The notes beneath the pieces were generated by a model. It searched no databases. It saw only the letters and a list, made by a program, of their open reading frames with translations, and was not told where the DNA came from. DNA of 62,601 nucleotides, counting the filler, from Chiloscyllium plagiosum (taxonomy: Eukaryota): the NCBI RefSeq assembly GCF_004010195.1. It is 3 parts of one record of this genome, joined end to end, with 100 filler letters (N's around TTAATTAATTAA, not from the genome) between each part and the next. Parts side by side here need not be neighbours in the genome. Positions count along the whole stretch, not along the records: positions 1 to 28,958 come from NC_057714.1; 2 more parts are not named here. One strand, written 5' to 3'. Below, piece after piece: positions 13,225 to 24,994 of this stretch (position 1 is its first letter; the number at the start of each line of letters is the position of its first letter). The translations under genes were made by a program, and so were the position numbers.

Positions 13225-13750
13225 GTACTGTGGCTACAAGAGCAGGTTGGAGGCTAGGAAGCTGACAATGAGTAACTTAGCTCCTAATTCACCAAAGCCA
13301 GTCAACCATTTACAAAGCACAAGTAAGGAGTATAATGGATTACTCCCCACATGACTCAATGAATGCAGCTCCAACAACAGTTACTCCCTCCACCACAAAT
13401 AGACTGTTGTAGCATGTACCTTTTACGAAGCGCTGGTGAAATTCACCATAACTCATTAGACAGCACCTTTCAAACTCATGTCCACTCCCATCTAGAAGGG
13501 CAAAGGTAGCACATACATGAGAGCACCACCAGCTGCAAGACTCTCTCCAAGCCACTCACCATCCTGACTTAGCAATGTATCGCCACTTCTCAAGTCTTGC
13601 TGGATCCAAATCCTGGAGCTCCCCTCCGAATAGCATTGTAGGCACCTACACCAAGTGCATTACAGCACTTCCATAAGGGAGCGCTCCACTGCCTTCTTAA
13701 GGGTAATTAACACTGACCCAGCCAGGGTGGCCGTCATCCCCTGATTTTTT
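13225..13750 (+). mobile_element. LINE family B 3' region
   Basis: Homologous to the reverse complement of 42270-42850. Confidence 0.7.
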
Positions 13751-14982
13751 TAAAAACCTAAACAGCTGTTGAACATAACCTCTACATAGATTTGCACGAA
13801 TCATATACAGAGGCTCCTGATTTACTAATGCACAACTTACAAACCCTCACACTTACAAACAAGATCCCATATTACAATTAATCATGAAGATCATATTGAA
13901 CACGATTTGAGAATGAAATACAGTATAAGTTCTGCACTTGCACATAATCTAAGTTCGCCTCAACTGTGTGGTTTTGTTTCATCATTAACAAAAGATTACG
14001 ATGCCAAGTTTGACCAATAGCAACACTCAACTGTTCTACCAAGATGCTTAGAAATTAACTTCCAAGTATGCAAGCTTTAACTGCGTTTAAACAAATTTTT
14101 ATTTTTACTTGAAGCAATGAACCAATAGAGATCAGAAAATGTGGACAATAGGATACAACAGATGATACTGTAGGGGAAGGCCTTGGACAGATTTGTACAA
14201 TACCTTTTAAGTACAATCTATTCAACCACAGGATAGCCATTGTAGGTTAGTAAAGACAAGGATGATGAGTGAGCTGATCATGTGCTTCAAGTAAGGCATA
14301 ATACACATCACTTTAATGCACTCTGACATTTCAGGAAAGAGAACAGTAAAATGTGCAAAAAAAAGGCACAAAAATATTGGGGACGAAAAAGAAACACCTA
14401 GTAAAACCAAGTCATTCTGTAAACAAATAGATAAGCCCAAGGCTGGAAACAAAAAGGTCCAGAACCAAATCTGAAGAACAGCTGAAATTGAACAGTTGCA
14501 AGTAGCCAAATTGACTAAAGGAAAGAATTAGAAAACAGTCAAAAAGGACCAAAGCATAAGGTGAAGAATAGGCAAATTGGCAAGTAAAAGTCTGACAAAT
14601 TTGTCAATGAAGGTCAGGATAGTGCATTATTATTTCAAACGACAGGATAAAAGGACCACAGAATTATTTCTGATTCCACAAACAAGGTGCCAAAGCTTCA
14701 GTGGATGTACAAAAGAGAGGATTAATAGAAATAAGTCTAGTAATGCTAAAGTAGCTAAATTCTGCATGGATCACATTTCTTTTAGGCAAGTAGCATTCCT
14801 CCCTTTCTAATTTACTGTATGAAACCACATTGCTGCATTACAACTTGTGATCATCATCTACTTTGCTTCAATTTGGAATTCAGAATTCAGTGACATGGAT
14901 CACTTTAAACTGCAAGATCTTAAAAGGGTTACCATTTTTCTACCTTAACTGACCCATCTCCTGTCTGTGTACATTCATTTAC

Positions 14983-15439
14983 TGTGCTTTTCCAGCACCA
15001 CTCTAATCTAAACTCTGGTTTCCAGCATCTGCAGTCATTGTTTTTACCTAGCTGATTTTAACCCTACTGCCTGCCTTGAAGAAGTTTTCCTCCTCTCTCT
15101 ACAAGAATCTCAGGGAGTCCCTCTCCCACTGCAACTCCCAGGTCATTTTCTCTGCCCTGAAGCTCTTCCACCTATCCACTCCAACCTCCTCCCTGACCTA
15201 TCACCTTCATCCCTTCCCCCACTCACCTATTGTACTCTATGCTACTTTCTCCCCACCCCGACCCTCCTCTCATTTATCTCTGCACCCTTCAGGCACTCTA
15301 CCTGTATTCCTGATAAAGGGCTTTTGCCCGAAACGTCGATTTTACTGCTCCTCAGATGCTGCCTGAACTGCTGTGCTTTTCCAACACCACTCTAATCTAA
15401 ACTCTGGTTTCCAGCATCTGCAGTCATTGTTTTTACCTA
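14983..15439 (+). mobile_element. Internally deleted partial-tandem PLE (pLTR end / 5' body / pLTR)
   Basis: ~68-bp direct repeat TGTGCTTTTCCA..GTTTTTACCTA at 14983-15050 and 15373-15439; HHR at 15310 has CTGATAA (G8A). Confidence 0.8.
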
Positions 15440-15934
15440 CATTATTTTACACCCAGTTTACTATGTGTCCACAGCGCCTTGACAAAAAATATCACTTTGG
15501 TAACAAAATGTTTCAGGAAAATGATAAAGGTGTATGCAACTTCTCCTCAGCATGGTTTTCCCAATTTTATTCTAACACGCAAGCTCCTACCTCTGCACCC
15601 AATTCTTGCAATAGTTTAATTGAATTTAGGCTGCAATAATTCCACATTTTGATTAGTGTCAGGATCCACGTCTTCCATTTATATATCGCATTACATATAG
15701 CAGAGAGTAAATGACAATCTGAAATCTAATGGAGGTGCTTGGGGTGCTTTATATGCAGAGTAACATGTACCAGACAGTGAGATACAGATATGAGTATTGT
15801 CGATGGGTTTGGAGTGGTTTACACATAGAATAACAGATACTGGGTTAAGAGTCACAGACTGGAATCTAATCAAGGGGATCAAAGAGAATAACAAATACCT
15901 TGGAATAAGTTACACATGGGAATCTATTCGAGGG

Positions 15935-16180
15935 ACAGATGGGCCAATGAGCTGAGGAGCGGCAGATGGAGTTTAATTTAGATAAATGTGAAGTGTTGCA
16001 TTTTGGTAAGGTAAATCACGGCAGGACTTACACAGTTAATGGCAGGGTCCTGGGGAGTGTTGCCGAACATAGAGACCCGAGGGTGCAGTACAGAGCTCTT
16101 AGAAAGTGAAGTTGCAGAAAGGCAGAGTGGTAAAGGAGACCATTAGCATGCTTGCTTTCATTGAATAGGAAGGATTTATA
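15935..16180 (+). mobile_element. CR1 RT fragment
   Basis: QMEFNLDKCEVLHFGK motif. Confidence 0.75.
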
Positions 16181-16404
16181 GTTCCTCACAGCATAACAGA
16201 GTTCCACCTCCCTTCCACTTCCCAAATTTACCAAAGCTAAACTCCCAAACTGACCCTCAAAAGGTTTTGGCATCTAAACTTAATTTCTGTCCCTCTTTAC
16301 TCTTAAGGAAGCAGAAAGATTATAAAGAAATGTAATGCTTTGGGGTGATCAATTTTCATTCCACATGCAACGGACAAATCTGAGATGTACAGCTTTTATA
16401 GGGC

Positions 16405-16615
16405 TGAAAATGTGTTGCTGGAAAGGCGCAGCAGGTCAGGCAGCATCCAAGGAGCAGGAGAATCGACGTTTCGGGCATGTGCCTTCCTGAAGAAGGGCAC
16501 ATGCCCGAAATGTCGATTCTCCTGCTCCTTAGATGCTGCCTGACCTGCTGGGCTTTTCCAGCAACACATTTTCAGCTCTGATCTCCAGCATTTGCAGTCC
16601 TCACTTTCTCCTAGA
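16405..16615. mobile_element. Fold-back (head-to-head) PLE pLTR insertion, family A
   Basis: ~80-bp inverted arms pivoting at the HHR; 14-bp TSD AG(C/T)TTTTATAGGGC at 16391-16404 and 16616-16629. Confidence 0.9.
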
Positions 16616-17320
16616 AGTTTTTATAGGGCAACAACCTTTTTGCTACAGCAATCCAAAACAAATCCCGATACCCTTCCTGCTCCCTATTTCCCATTCTCCT
16701 CCTGCTTCAGCAAAAACTGCATGTATGTTATATGTTTAATGCAGTTAAACCTCCCAAAGTATTATAAATATTGATTTGTTTTCTCCTGACAAAAATAGCA
16801 ATGGTCTCCACCTCAAATTCACCTTGGTAGAAGTCCCAAGTTCGAATGCATCCAAGTAAAGACACTTTGCTATATCCCTTGCCTTGGTGATAATTTAAAA
16901 TTGATGACCTGTCCAAATCAGTTCTCTCTTAACCAGGGGAAATATCCCTTCCCCATAAAAATTCTACTTCAACAATCTATATTAGATGTCCTCAGCTTCT
17001 CTGCAGTGGACGGAGATGGCACCAATATCTTGTCTGTAGCTGTGGCTGGCATAAGGCTCTTGAATCTACCATTGTACCAAGTTTATAGTTTGAATGGCCT
17101 TTTGATCATGGTGTACCCAAAGCTGCACAAAGATCAGGAACTGTGGACTAACAAAGTCTTGCAGAAATGTTTGTTAAACATGTGGTCAGTTTCCGTATGT
17201 ATATGATAATCTGAACAGGCAAAGGAACATGAATACCAAGACAGCATTTGACAGTAGCCCTACTAATGAAGCTGTCCCAGCAAAACTAAACTTTTGATAA
17301 GCTGACCTCTGATAAAAGGT

Positions 17321-17538
17321 TCTGGAGTAGAGTGGTACTGGAAAAGCACAGCAGTTCAGGCAGCATCCGAGGAGCAGAAAAATCCGACGTTTCGGGCAAA
17401 AGCCCTTCATCAGGAAGAGCTTTTGCCCGAAACGTCGGATTTTCCTGCTCCTCAGATGCTGCCTGAACTGCTGTGCTTTTCCAGCACCACTCTACTCCAG
17501 AATCTGGTTTCCAGCATCCGCAGTCATTGTTTTTACCT
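17321..17538. mobile_element. Fold-back PLE pLTR insertion, family A
   Basis: Inverted arms; ACCTCTGATAAAAGGT duplicated at 17305-17320 and 17535-17550. Confidence 0.9.
17383..17416 (-). ncRNA. Minimal hammerhead ribozyme, intact core
   Basis: Reverse complement: TTC-CTGATGA-A-GGGC-TTTT-GCCC-GAAA-CGTC-GGA. Confidence 0.8.
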
Positions 17539-17594
17539 CTGATAAAAGGTGTAAGGCCAGTTAGGAGAGCTGTGAAAAGAATTGAAAGTCACCC

Positions 17595-17793
17595 AAGTCC
17601 AAGAGGATCATCAGCTGCTCTCTCATTGAATAGGTTAAAATCCCCACCAGTTTTGACTGATAGTCACTATGTCTCAGGCAAGTGGTACAAGTTGGGGCAA
17701 TTATGGTTGACATCAGCTGGTACAGGAATTGAACTGTACAGTTAGTGTCACTCCGTATTACAAATCAGCCAACTAATCAACTGTGCTAACCAA
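17595..17793 (-). mobile_element. Old tRNA-derived SINE
   Basis: Reverse complement starts GGTTAGCACAGTTG (A-box-like) and contains GTTCAATTCC (B-box-like). Confidence 0.5.
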
Positions 17794-18397
17794 CATAATC
17801 AAGAATTGATTTAATAAAAACATTAATGATAGTTCCACAGCAACATCCTAAGGCAAGGTGGAGGGGTCAAAAACAGAGGTAGAAGATACAGTCATTATAC
17901 AAAGAAGGTACAGAGATGTAAGCACTGCTCAAGGTCAAGTAGATGTTCAGTGCATGAATTATGAATGGGATACTGTAATGTTAAAAGCTTAAACCGTACT
18001 CTGTGGACATTAATATAATATTAAAGGGTTAAACTGCACTGTCTTTGGGTGGGGACGACAGCCAAGAAAGAATGCAGATGACTATCCATTGTAATTTACA
18101 CTTCATTTAGACATTGCTATTGTCAAGTTAAACTATTAATTCAATTTCTTCTATTCAGAAATGCTTTCTGGTCAGAGGTATATTGCATCTGCATTGTCTT
18201 GGAATCAGTGAGCCGTGAACCTGCATAACGGTTCCCCAGGATGAGGACATTAGCATTAGCTCTGAAGATCTCATTCTGCTATTGTACCTGGGGTAACCTG
18301 CAACTGTGAGTGACAGGAGGTTGTCGTGAGTGGCATGTGACTGTCGGGAGGTGGCCAGAGCATCTGTAAACATTGCAACTGACCTGTACAAAGGGGA

Positions 18398-18671
18398 TTA
18401 GATTCCCTACAGTGTGGAAACAGGCCCTTCGGCCTAACCAGTCTACACTGATCCTCCGACAAGTAACCTACCCAAATCCATTTCCTTCTGACTAATTGAC
18501 CTAACACTATGGGGAAATTTAGCATGGCCAATTCACCTGATCTGTGGGAGGAAACCGGAGCACCCAGCAGAAACCAATGCAGACACAGGGAGAACGTGCA
18601 AACTCCACACAGACAGTCACTCGAGGCTGGAATCGAACCCTAGTGCTAACCTCTGAGCCACCGTGCTGCCC
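18398..18671 (-). mobile_element. HE1-type V-SINE (internally deleted)
   Basis: Reverse complement GGGCAGCACGGTGGCTCAG..., V-domain GGAGTTTGCACGTTCTCCC, CR1-derived 3' end. Confidence 0.85.
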
Positions 18672-19237
18672 CTTGAGGGGATTAAGAAAAAGGGTGGTTT
18701 AGGGAAGAACTTTCAGAGCTCAAAGCCAAGACAGCTGAAGGCACACTAACAGTGGAATTAAAACAGTAAAGTATGCATCAGAATCCAGAGTTGGAGGGAT
18801 CTGAGGTTCTGAATGATTGCAGCACTGAAAGTAGGGGTGAGTATCTGAATGGATTTCACAAGAGAATAAGAATTTTTAAATTGAGGGGTGAATGATCTAG
18901 GAGCTAATATAGGTCAACAAACAGAGGGCCTTACTTTGTTAAGCAGAACTTGGTGCAGGCTAGAATACAGACTGACAGATTAACGGAACAGAGAAGGCTA
19001 CCAGGAATAGAAGGTAACTAAAGCACAGACAAGGATATTGACAGCTGAGACAGGAGCAGAAAAACAATGGGGGAGTTTTGAATGGACATGACATGGGCTT
19101 ACAAACTCAGCTTTGAGTCAAGTGGGATGGTCACCAAGATTCTGTGCAGACTATTTCAGCCCAAGACAGCATCCAGGGAAAGAGGAAAAAAATCAGTGGC
19201 AAGGAAACTGTTTGTGGTAGGATAAGAACTGGCTTTG

Positions 19238-19377
19238 CTGAAAAATGAATCCTGAAGAAGGGCTTATGCCCGAAACGTCGATTCTCCTGCTCCTTAGATG
19301 CTGCCTGACCTGCTGCACTTTTCCAGCAACACATTTTTCAGCTCTGATCTCCAGCATCTGCACTCCTCACTTTCTCC
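19238..19377 (+). mobile_element. Mini PLE pLTR insertion, family A
   Basis: 15-bp TSD TAAGAACTGGCTTTG (19223-19237, 19378-19392); 10-bp inverted remnant at the 5' end. Confidence 0.9.
19247..19284 (+). ncRNA. Minimal type I hammerhead ribozyme, best-preserved family A copy
   Basis: GAATC-CTGAAGA-A-GGGC-TTAT-GCCC-GAAA-CGTC-GATTC: perfect 5-bp stem I, 4-bp stem II; predicted cleavage after C19279. Confidence 0.88.
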
Positions 19378-19874
19378 TAAGAACTGGCTTTGGTCATTTT
19401 AAGGTTTAGTTAGAAAAACATGCAACTCATCCCAGACATCCCCTCCAAATCAACACTAGAAATGAAGGAGTCAAGGGCGTGAGGTGGGTGCTGCCTACAT
19501 ACATTTGAAACTTGACAGGTGATGCTGCAGAGCAGCACCATGCAAATGAGAAACAGGAGGGGGCAAACAGAGATAAAAGAATTATGGACAAACCAACTTA
19601 ATACAAATATGATTCAAAGCACATGCAAGTCAGAATCAGATACCAGCAAAAAGTAAAACGGTAGCCTAGATTTCAAAACTACAGGCAAGATATACTCAAT
19701 TTAATTTATGAGGCTACAACACCCAGCAGAAACTTAAGTCTATATTTTAATTCTGGAATACAATGCATGCTTGACAGACTATTTAATACCAGTGCATGTA
19801 TAACACATGTAAATCATTATGTGCTTTCTTTGTTCAATGCCTTCCTTTGCCCTGACTTTGCATGCCTGTGAAGA

Positions 19875-19890
19875 GGGTCAAAGGAGGTCA
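19875..19890 (+). promoter_or_regulatory. Candidate DR4 nuclear-receptor response element
   Basis: GGGTCA-aagg-AGGTCA in apparently unique sequence. Confidence 0.35.
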
Positions 19891-20757
19891 CCTGGCTTGT
19901 ACAAGCTTTAATACACTTTAACTTTGCATAAGTTGCTGCGTTGCAGTTGCATCAAGTGTGTAGGAACCTCGGGAAAATAATTTAATGCAATCGGGGCAAA
20001 GGTGCAGCTTTTGTTGAAAAGCTTCAGTTTAAGTGGAGGACATTGTAGCTCAAAGACCGGATGCTAGATAATCAATATGATAACATGGATACAGTGGGAG
20101 ATGCAAGGAGAGATGATGCTACAAGACAGATTGGGTACAGTACTCTGAAACAAGTGGCTGACCTGCTCGCTCTTCAAATCCTCTCCATCACCTGTAACAT
20201 TCAGAGTGTCAGGAATCTGGTGGAATACTTGCCACTTGCCTGGATGAGCACAGATACAAAAGACAATGTAGAAGTGAACTTCACTCAATTTGGTGATTGA
20301 CACCACTGGCCTCAACATTTCCCCAATCCTCTCACTAGTGCAGAGGATGTATTACAATATCTCACCAGGGTTAACTAAACAGGATCTCTTTTGATAGCCT
20401 CTACCACCAAAATCACAACAGCAATGTCATACAAATACCTCAGCATTTTCCTTCAAGCCTGACACCGGATCACATCATTTGCTCCTTGTTATTAGATCAA
20501 TATCTCTGAATTCCCATCAGCTAATATTGATGGGAGAACAATTAGTGGAAACATAACAGTAGCTTATGGTGTCCTACAACCATAGTTGCAAGACTATGGA
20601 TGCAGTTGCTCTCATAACAAAAGCAGAAAAGACGCAATGCAATTTTTACAATGATATAATCAGAGACTCACAACTGTGTTAATTTTGAAAATAACATCAT
20701 TCACATATTTTTAGTTTCCTGTCAGGTTTGACAGCCTTAATGTAGGCCCTTACAGTC

Positions 20758-20846
20758 CTGAAGAAGGGTTTATGCCCGAAACGTCGATTCCCCTGCTCCT
20801 TGGATGCTGCCTGACCTGCTGTGTTTTTCCAGCAACACATTTTTCA
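20758..20846 (+). mobile_element. 89-bp PLE pLTR insertion beginning exactly at the HHR core
   Basis: CTGAAGAAGGGTTTATGCCCGAAACGTCGATT; 12-bp TSD GCCCTTACAGTC (20746-20757, 20847-20858). Confidence 0.88.
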
Positions 20847-20972
20847 GCCCTTACAGTCTGTAGACAGTCACTGCACCAGGTAATGATGACCACTTCTGGA
20901 AATTAACACCAAGTCAACTGTCGGTTCTTGAGATAACAGGTCAAAAACTCCAACCAGAATTTTACTTCAAAA

Positions 20973-22208
20973 GAGTCATAGAGATGTACAGCACAGAAAC
21001 AGACCCTTCAGTCCAACTCGTCTATGTCAACCTGATATCCCAATCCAATCTAGTTCCACCTGCCAGAACCTGGCCCATATCCCTCCAAATCCTTCCTATT
21101 CATAAACCCATCCAGATGCTTTTTAAATGTTGCAATTGTACCAGCCTCCACCACTTCCTCTGACAGCCCATTCCACAGACACACCACCCTCTGCGTGAAA
21201 AAAGTTGCCCCTTAGGTCTCTTTTATATCTTTCCCCCCTCACCCTAAACCTATGCCCTCTAGTTCTGGACTCCACACCCCAGGAAAAAGACTTTGGCTAT
21301 TTACCCGATCCATGCCCCTCATGATTTTGTAAACCTCTAAGGTCACCCCTCAGCCTCCGACGCTGCAGGGGAAAACAGCCCCAGCCTATTCAACCTCTCC
21401 CTATAGCTCAAATCCTCCAACCCTGGCAACATCCTTGTAAATCTTTTCTGAACCCATTCAAGCCTCACAACATCCTTCTAATAGGAAGGAGACCAGAACT
21501 GCACGCAATATTCTAACAGTGGCCTAACCAATGTCCTGTATAGCCGCAACATGACCTCCCAACTCCTGTACTCAATACTCTGACCAATAAAGGAAAGCAT
21601 ACCAAACGCCTTCTTCACTAAGCTATCTACCTGCAACTCTACTTTCAAGGAGCTGTGAACCTGCACTCCAAGGTCTCTTAGTTCAGCTACATTTCCTAGG
21701 ACCTTACCATTAAGTGTATAAGTCCTGCTAAGATCTGCTTTCCCAAAATGCAGCACCTCACATTTATCTACATTAAACTCCATCTGCCACTCCTCAGCCC
21801 ATTGGCTCAACTGATCAAAATCCTGCTGTAATCAGAGGTAACCTTCTTTGCTGCCCACTACACCTCTAACTTTGATGTCATCTGCAAACTTACTAACTAT
21901 ACCTCTTAAGCTCACATCCAAACCAGCACTGATCCTTGTGTAGCTCCACTGGTCACAGACCTCCAATCTGAAAAACAACCCTCCACCACTATCCTGTGTC
22001 TTCTACCTTCAAGCCAGTTCTGTATCCAAGTGGCTAGTTCTCCCTGTATTCCATGAGATCTAACCTTGCTAACCTGTCTCCCATGGGGAACCTTGTCGAA
22101 CACCTTACTGAAATCCATATAGATCATGTCTACTGCTCATCAATCCTCTTTGTTACTTCTTCCAAGAACTCAGTCAAATTTGAGAGACGTGATTTCCCAC
22201 ACACAAAG
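20973..22208 (-). mobile_element. CR1 LINE (HER1-like) RT to 3' end
   Basis: WAEEWQMEFNVDKCEVLHFG..LYRTLVRPLLEYCVQFWSP; IYMDFSKVFDKVPHGR. Confidence 0.92.
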
Positions 22209-22794
22209 CAATACTCCAAGCAATTTTCACAGTCTGTCGCATAAACAATAGCTGCTGCATCTGACAGCATGTGCAAGTCCAACATGACATAAATATGCAA
22301 GGACATATAGGGAAAGAATGCTGTAGCATTACATTTAAGTACTAAATGACTGGACAATTCATGTCCTGTTTAGAAGCATCAAAATGGCACTGTAAAGATC
22401 TGGTAGTCTGCTGCTTGGCCTTTATTGTTCAAACAATCAAAAAAAGCTTACCGGAAATCAAAACTAGTAGAAAGAGAAGATTAGCATGCATGTTTCAAAT
22501 GTGTGGAGCTCAGTTTTCCTATATTAACTACAAGGCAGCAATGAAACCTTATTTGTCCACTTGCATAGCTTTCAGCACGATATGTGAAGTGCTATCACAT
22601 AAAATGGATGTCAGAAGCCTGTACTGAAATAGCTAGCCCTGTGGTTAGTTTCACATAACTTGGTGGAGAAATGCAACATAATTGGATTAACTGCAACAAC
22701 AGGGAGAAAACAGCAGTGTCTTTCTACTATTACTGCACATCTGATTTTAGACATTACTTGTGACATTTGTAACTATTCTTTTATTCCTGAAGGG

Positions 22795-23760
22795 ATAATT
22801 TGGCCATTTCCTCCAGGAAGGGAAATGGCCAAATTATACCTGGTATTGTAGATTGAGCCCAATCTAGTGATCGAAGTTTCAATGGGGAAGCATTTTAGGA
22901 ACAGTGACCATAATTCTGTAAGTTTTAAGTTACTAATGGATAATGATAAGAGTAGTCCTTGGGTGAAAGTACTAAACTGGGGAAGGAAAACTACCACAAT
23001 ATTAGGCAGGAATTGGAAAGTACAGTTTGGTGGTGGTGGTTGGGGGGTGGTTGGGTGACTCTTTGAGGGTAAATCCACATCTGTAATGTGGAAATCTTTT
23101 AAAGAGAGTTGATTAGTGTTCAAAATCAGTGTGTTCCTGTGAAAAATTGAAGGATAAGGATGGCAAGATTTGGGAACCTTGGAGAAAAAGAGAAACTGTT
23201 AGCTTAGTGAAAAAGAAAAAGGCACAATAAGGTTTAGGAAACTGAAGACAGAGCCCTCAAACAATATTTGGTGACACAATGCTCCAGTGATTAACACTGC
23301 TACCTCAGTGCCAGGGACCCAGGTTCGATTCCAGCCTTGGATGACTGTTTTTGTGGAGTTTGCATATTCGCTCCATGTCTGTGTGGGTTTCCACTGGATG
23401 CTCTGGTTCTGTCCCTCAGTCCAAAGGCTGTCCAGGTTAGGTGGATTGGTCATGTTAAACTGCCCTAGAGTGTCCAGGGATGTGCAGTTCAGATGGATTA
23501 GCCATGGGAAATGTGGAGTTAATGGGGTAGGATAGTGGGTTGGATGCGTGTGGGATGCTCTTCAGAATATAGTGCAGACTTGATGAACTAAATGGCTTAT
23601 TTCTGCTCTGTAGGGATTCTTTGACTTACGCAAACAGGATTATGGAAGATCCCAAGGTATTTCATACATACAGATATGAGTATAGGTAGGGAAAGGGTAG
23701 ATCTGCTCAAGAACAAGAAGGGAATTTATGCAAGAAGCCAGAGGAAGTGGATGAGGTCCT
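22795..23760 (+). mobile_element. CR1 ORF2 fragment (end of endonuclease region), interrupted by a SINE
   Basis: HFRNSDHNSVSF..VKVLNW. Confidence 0.7.
23270..23620 (+). mobile_element. HE1-type V-SINE, older subfamily
   Basis: GGGACCCAGGTTCGATTCC B box; GGAGTTTGCATATTC V-domain. Confidence 0.8.
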
Positions 23761-24282
23761 CTTGGTCCAGAGGTAGGGATACTGTCACTATGCCATAAGA
23801 TGGCCCAAATCCAAGCACAAAGTGCAATGCTTCCTCATTGTATGAAACTAACCATAAAAATCATCTATTCTCATAAAAGTCTGAGTCAATCCATCATTTA
23901 GATTTTAACCAAGTGTGCCTCATCAAGGAATCTCAGAAATTCTTCAAACATCTGCCTTGAAAACTTATTTTACTATGGCTTCAACAGACTTACAAATCGA
24001 AATTATTCAACGCAGTCAAATAGTTAGTCATAATAAATGACTATTAACTGCTAATCCAGAGATTTAAAAATACTTACATGCAAGCTTTGCAATTAAATAT
24101 TTTGTATTACTAAAAAGACAAAGTGCAAATTACAACTAATTTCTCGGTAAAGTCCCATTCACATTTCGCTTTTTAACTCCTCCAAACGCCAAACTATGGA
24201 CCATTATAAAATTAAAGAGTTATTCTGCAAGTGCCAATGCGTTTACTTCTGAAATGCACAGACATTAAATACCAACTGTAAC

Positions 24283-24380
24283 AAAAACAGAATTTGCTGG
24301 GAAAACTCAGCTGGTCTCACAAGCATCTGTGTAGAGAAAGCAGAGTTAACATTTCAGGTCCAGTGACCCTTCTTCAGAAC
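24283..24380 (-). mobile_element. PLE pLTR with HHR (family C)
   Basis: Reverse complement GTT-CTGAAGA-A-GGGTC-ACTG-GACCT-GAAA-TGTT-AAC at 24345-24380. Confidence 0.7.
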
Positions 24381-24994
24381 GAAAATACCAAGTGCATTCT
24401 TTTGTGCATAAACCTGTTCTCTTTACGCTGAATTAACCTCAGGCAGGTTGAGCTTGGGCAGAAGTCACAAAATTTGCTTACATGCAGCTGATCAGAATAA
24501 GAATCCAACCTGCTAATGAGATCATCATAGGGGCATAGTTAACAAACGCAATCATCTATTTTCTTCCACTGATAGCATTTCGGTCCACAGCTAAGTGGAA
24601 ACTACCGCACCAAGAAATGATTTCGAACATGCAAAGGCTCCACCAGCTCAATCTGCCAGCAATTATGTATAGTTACAGTGTTAGTGTATTCATAAGATAA
24701 TGGAATGTTAAATACAACGTTAAAGAAGCAGAATAACTGTCACCAGGGATTAAATCATTAAACAATTTAGAAAACGTGCAATCATCCTTTCAGACAGTTC
24801 CATTCTGTTCCTCCCAATTGGGTAAAGAAACAGTAAGTCAGTGACTCCAAGGAGTAGCAAACATAAAAGTCAATGATCAGTTCACTGGAGGTGCGGATAA
24901 AGATTAACATCAGCCTATTAATGGCCATGGAATCTGATGTCTTAGCGGGGTTCTAGATCCCACGTACAGTAGCACTATGCTATTGTCTGACTTA

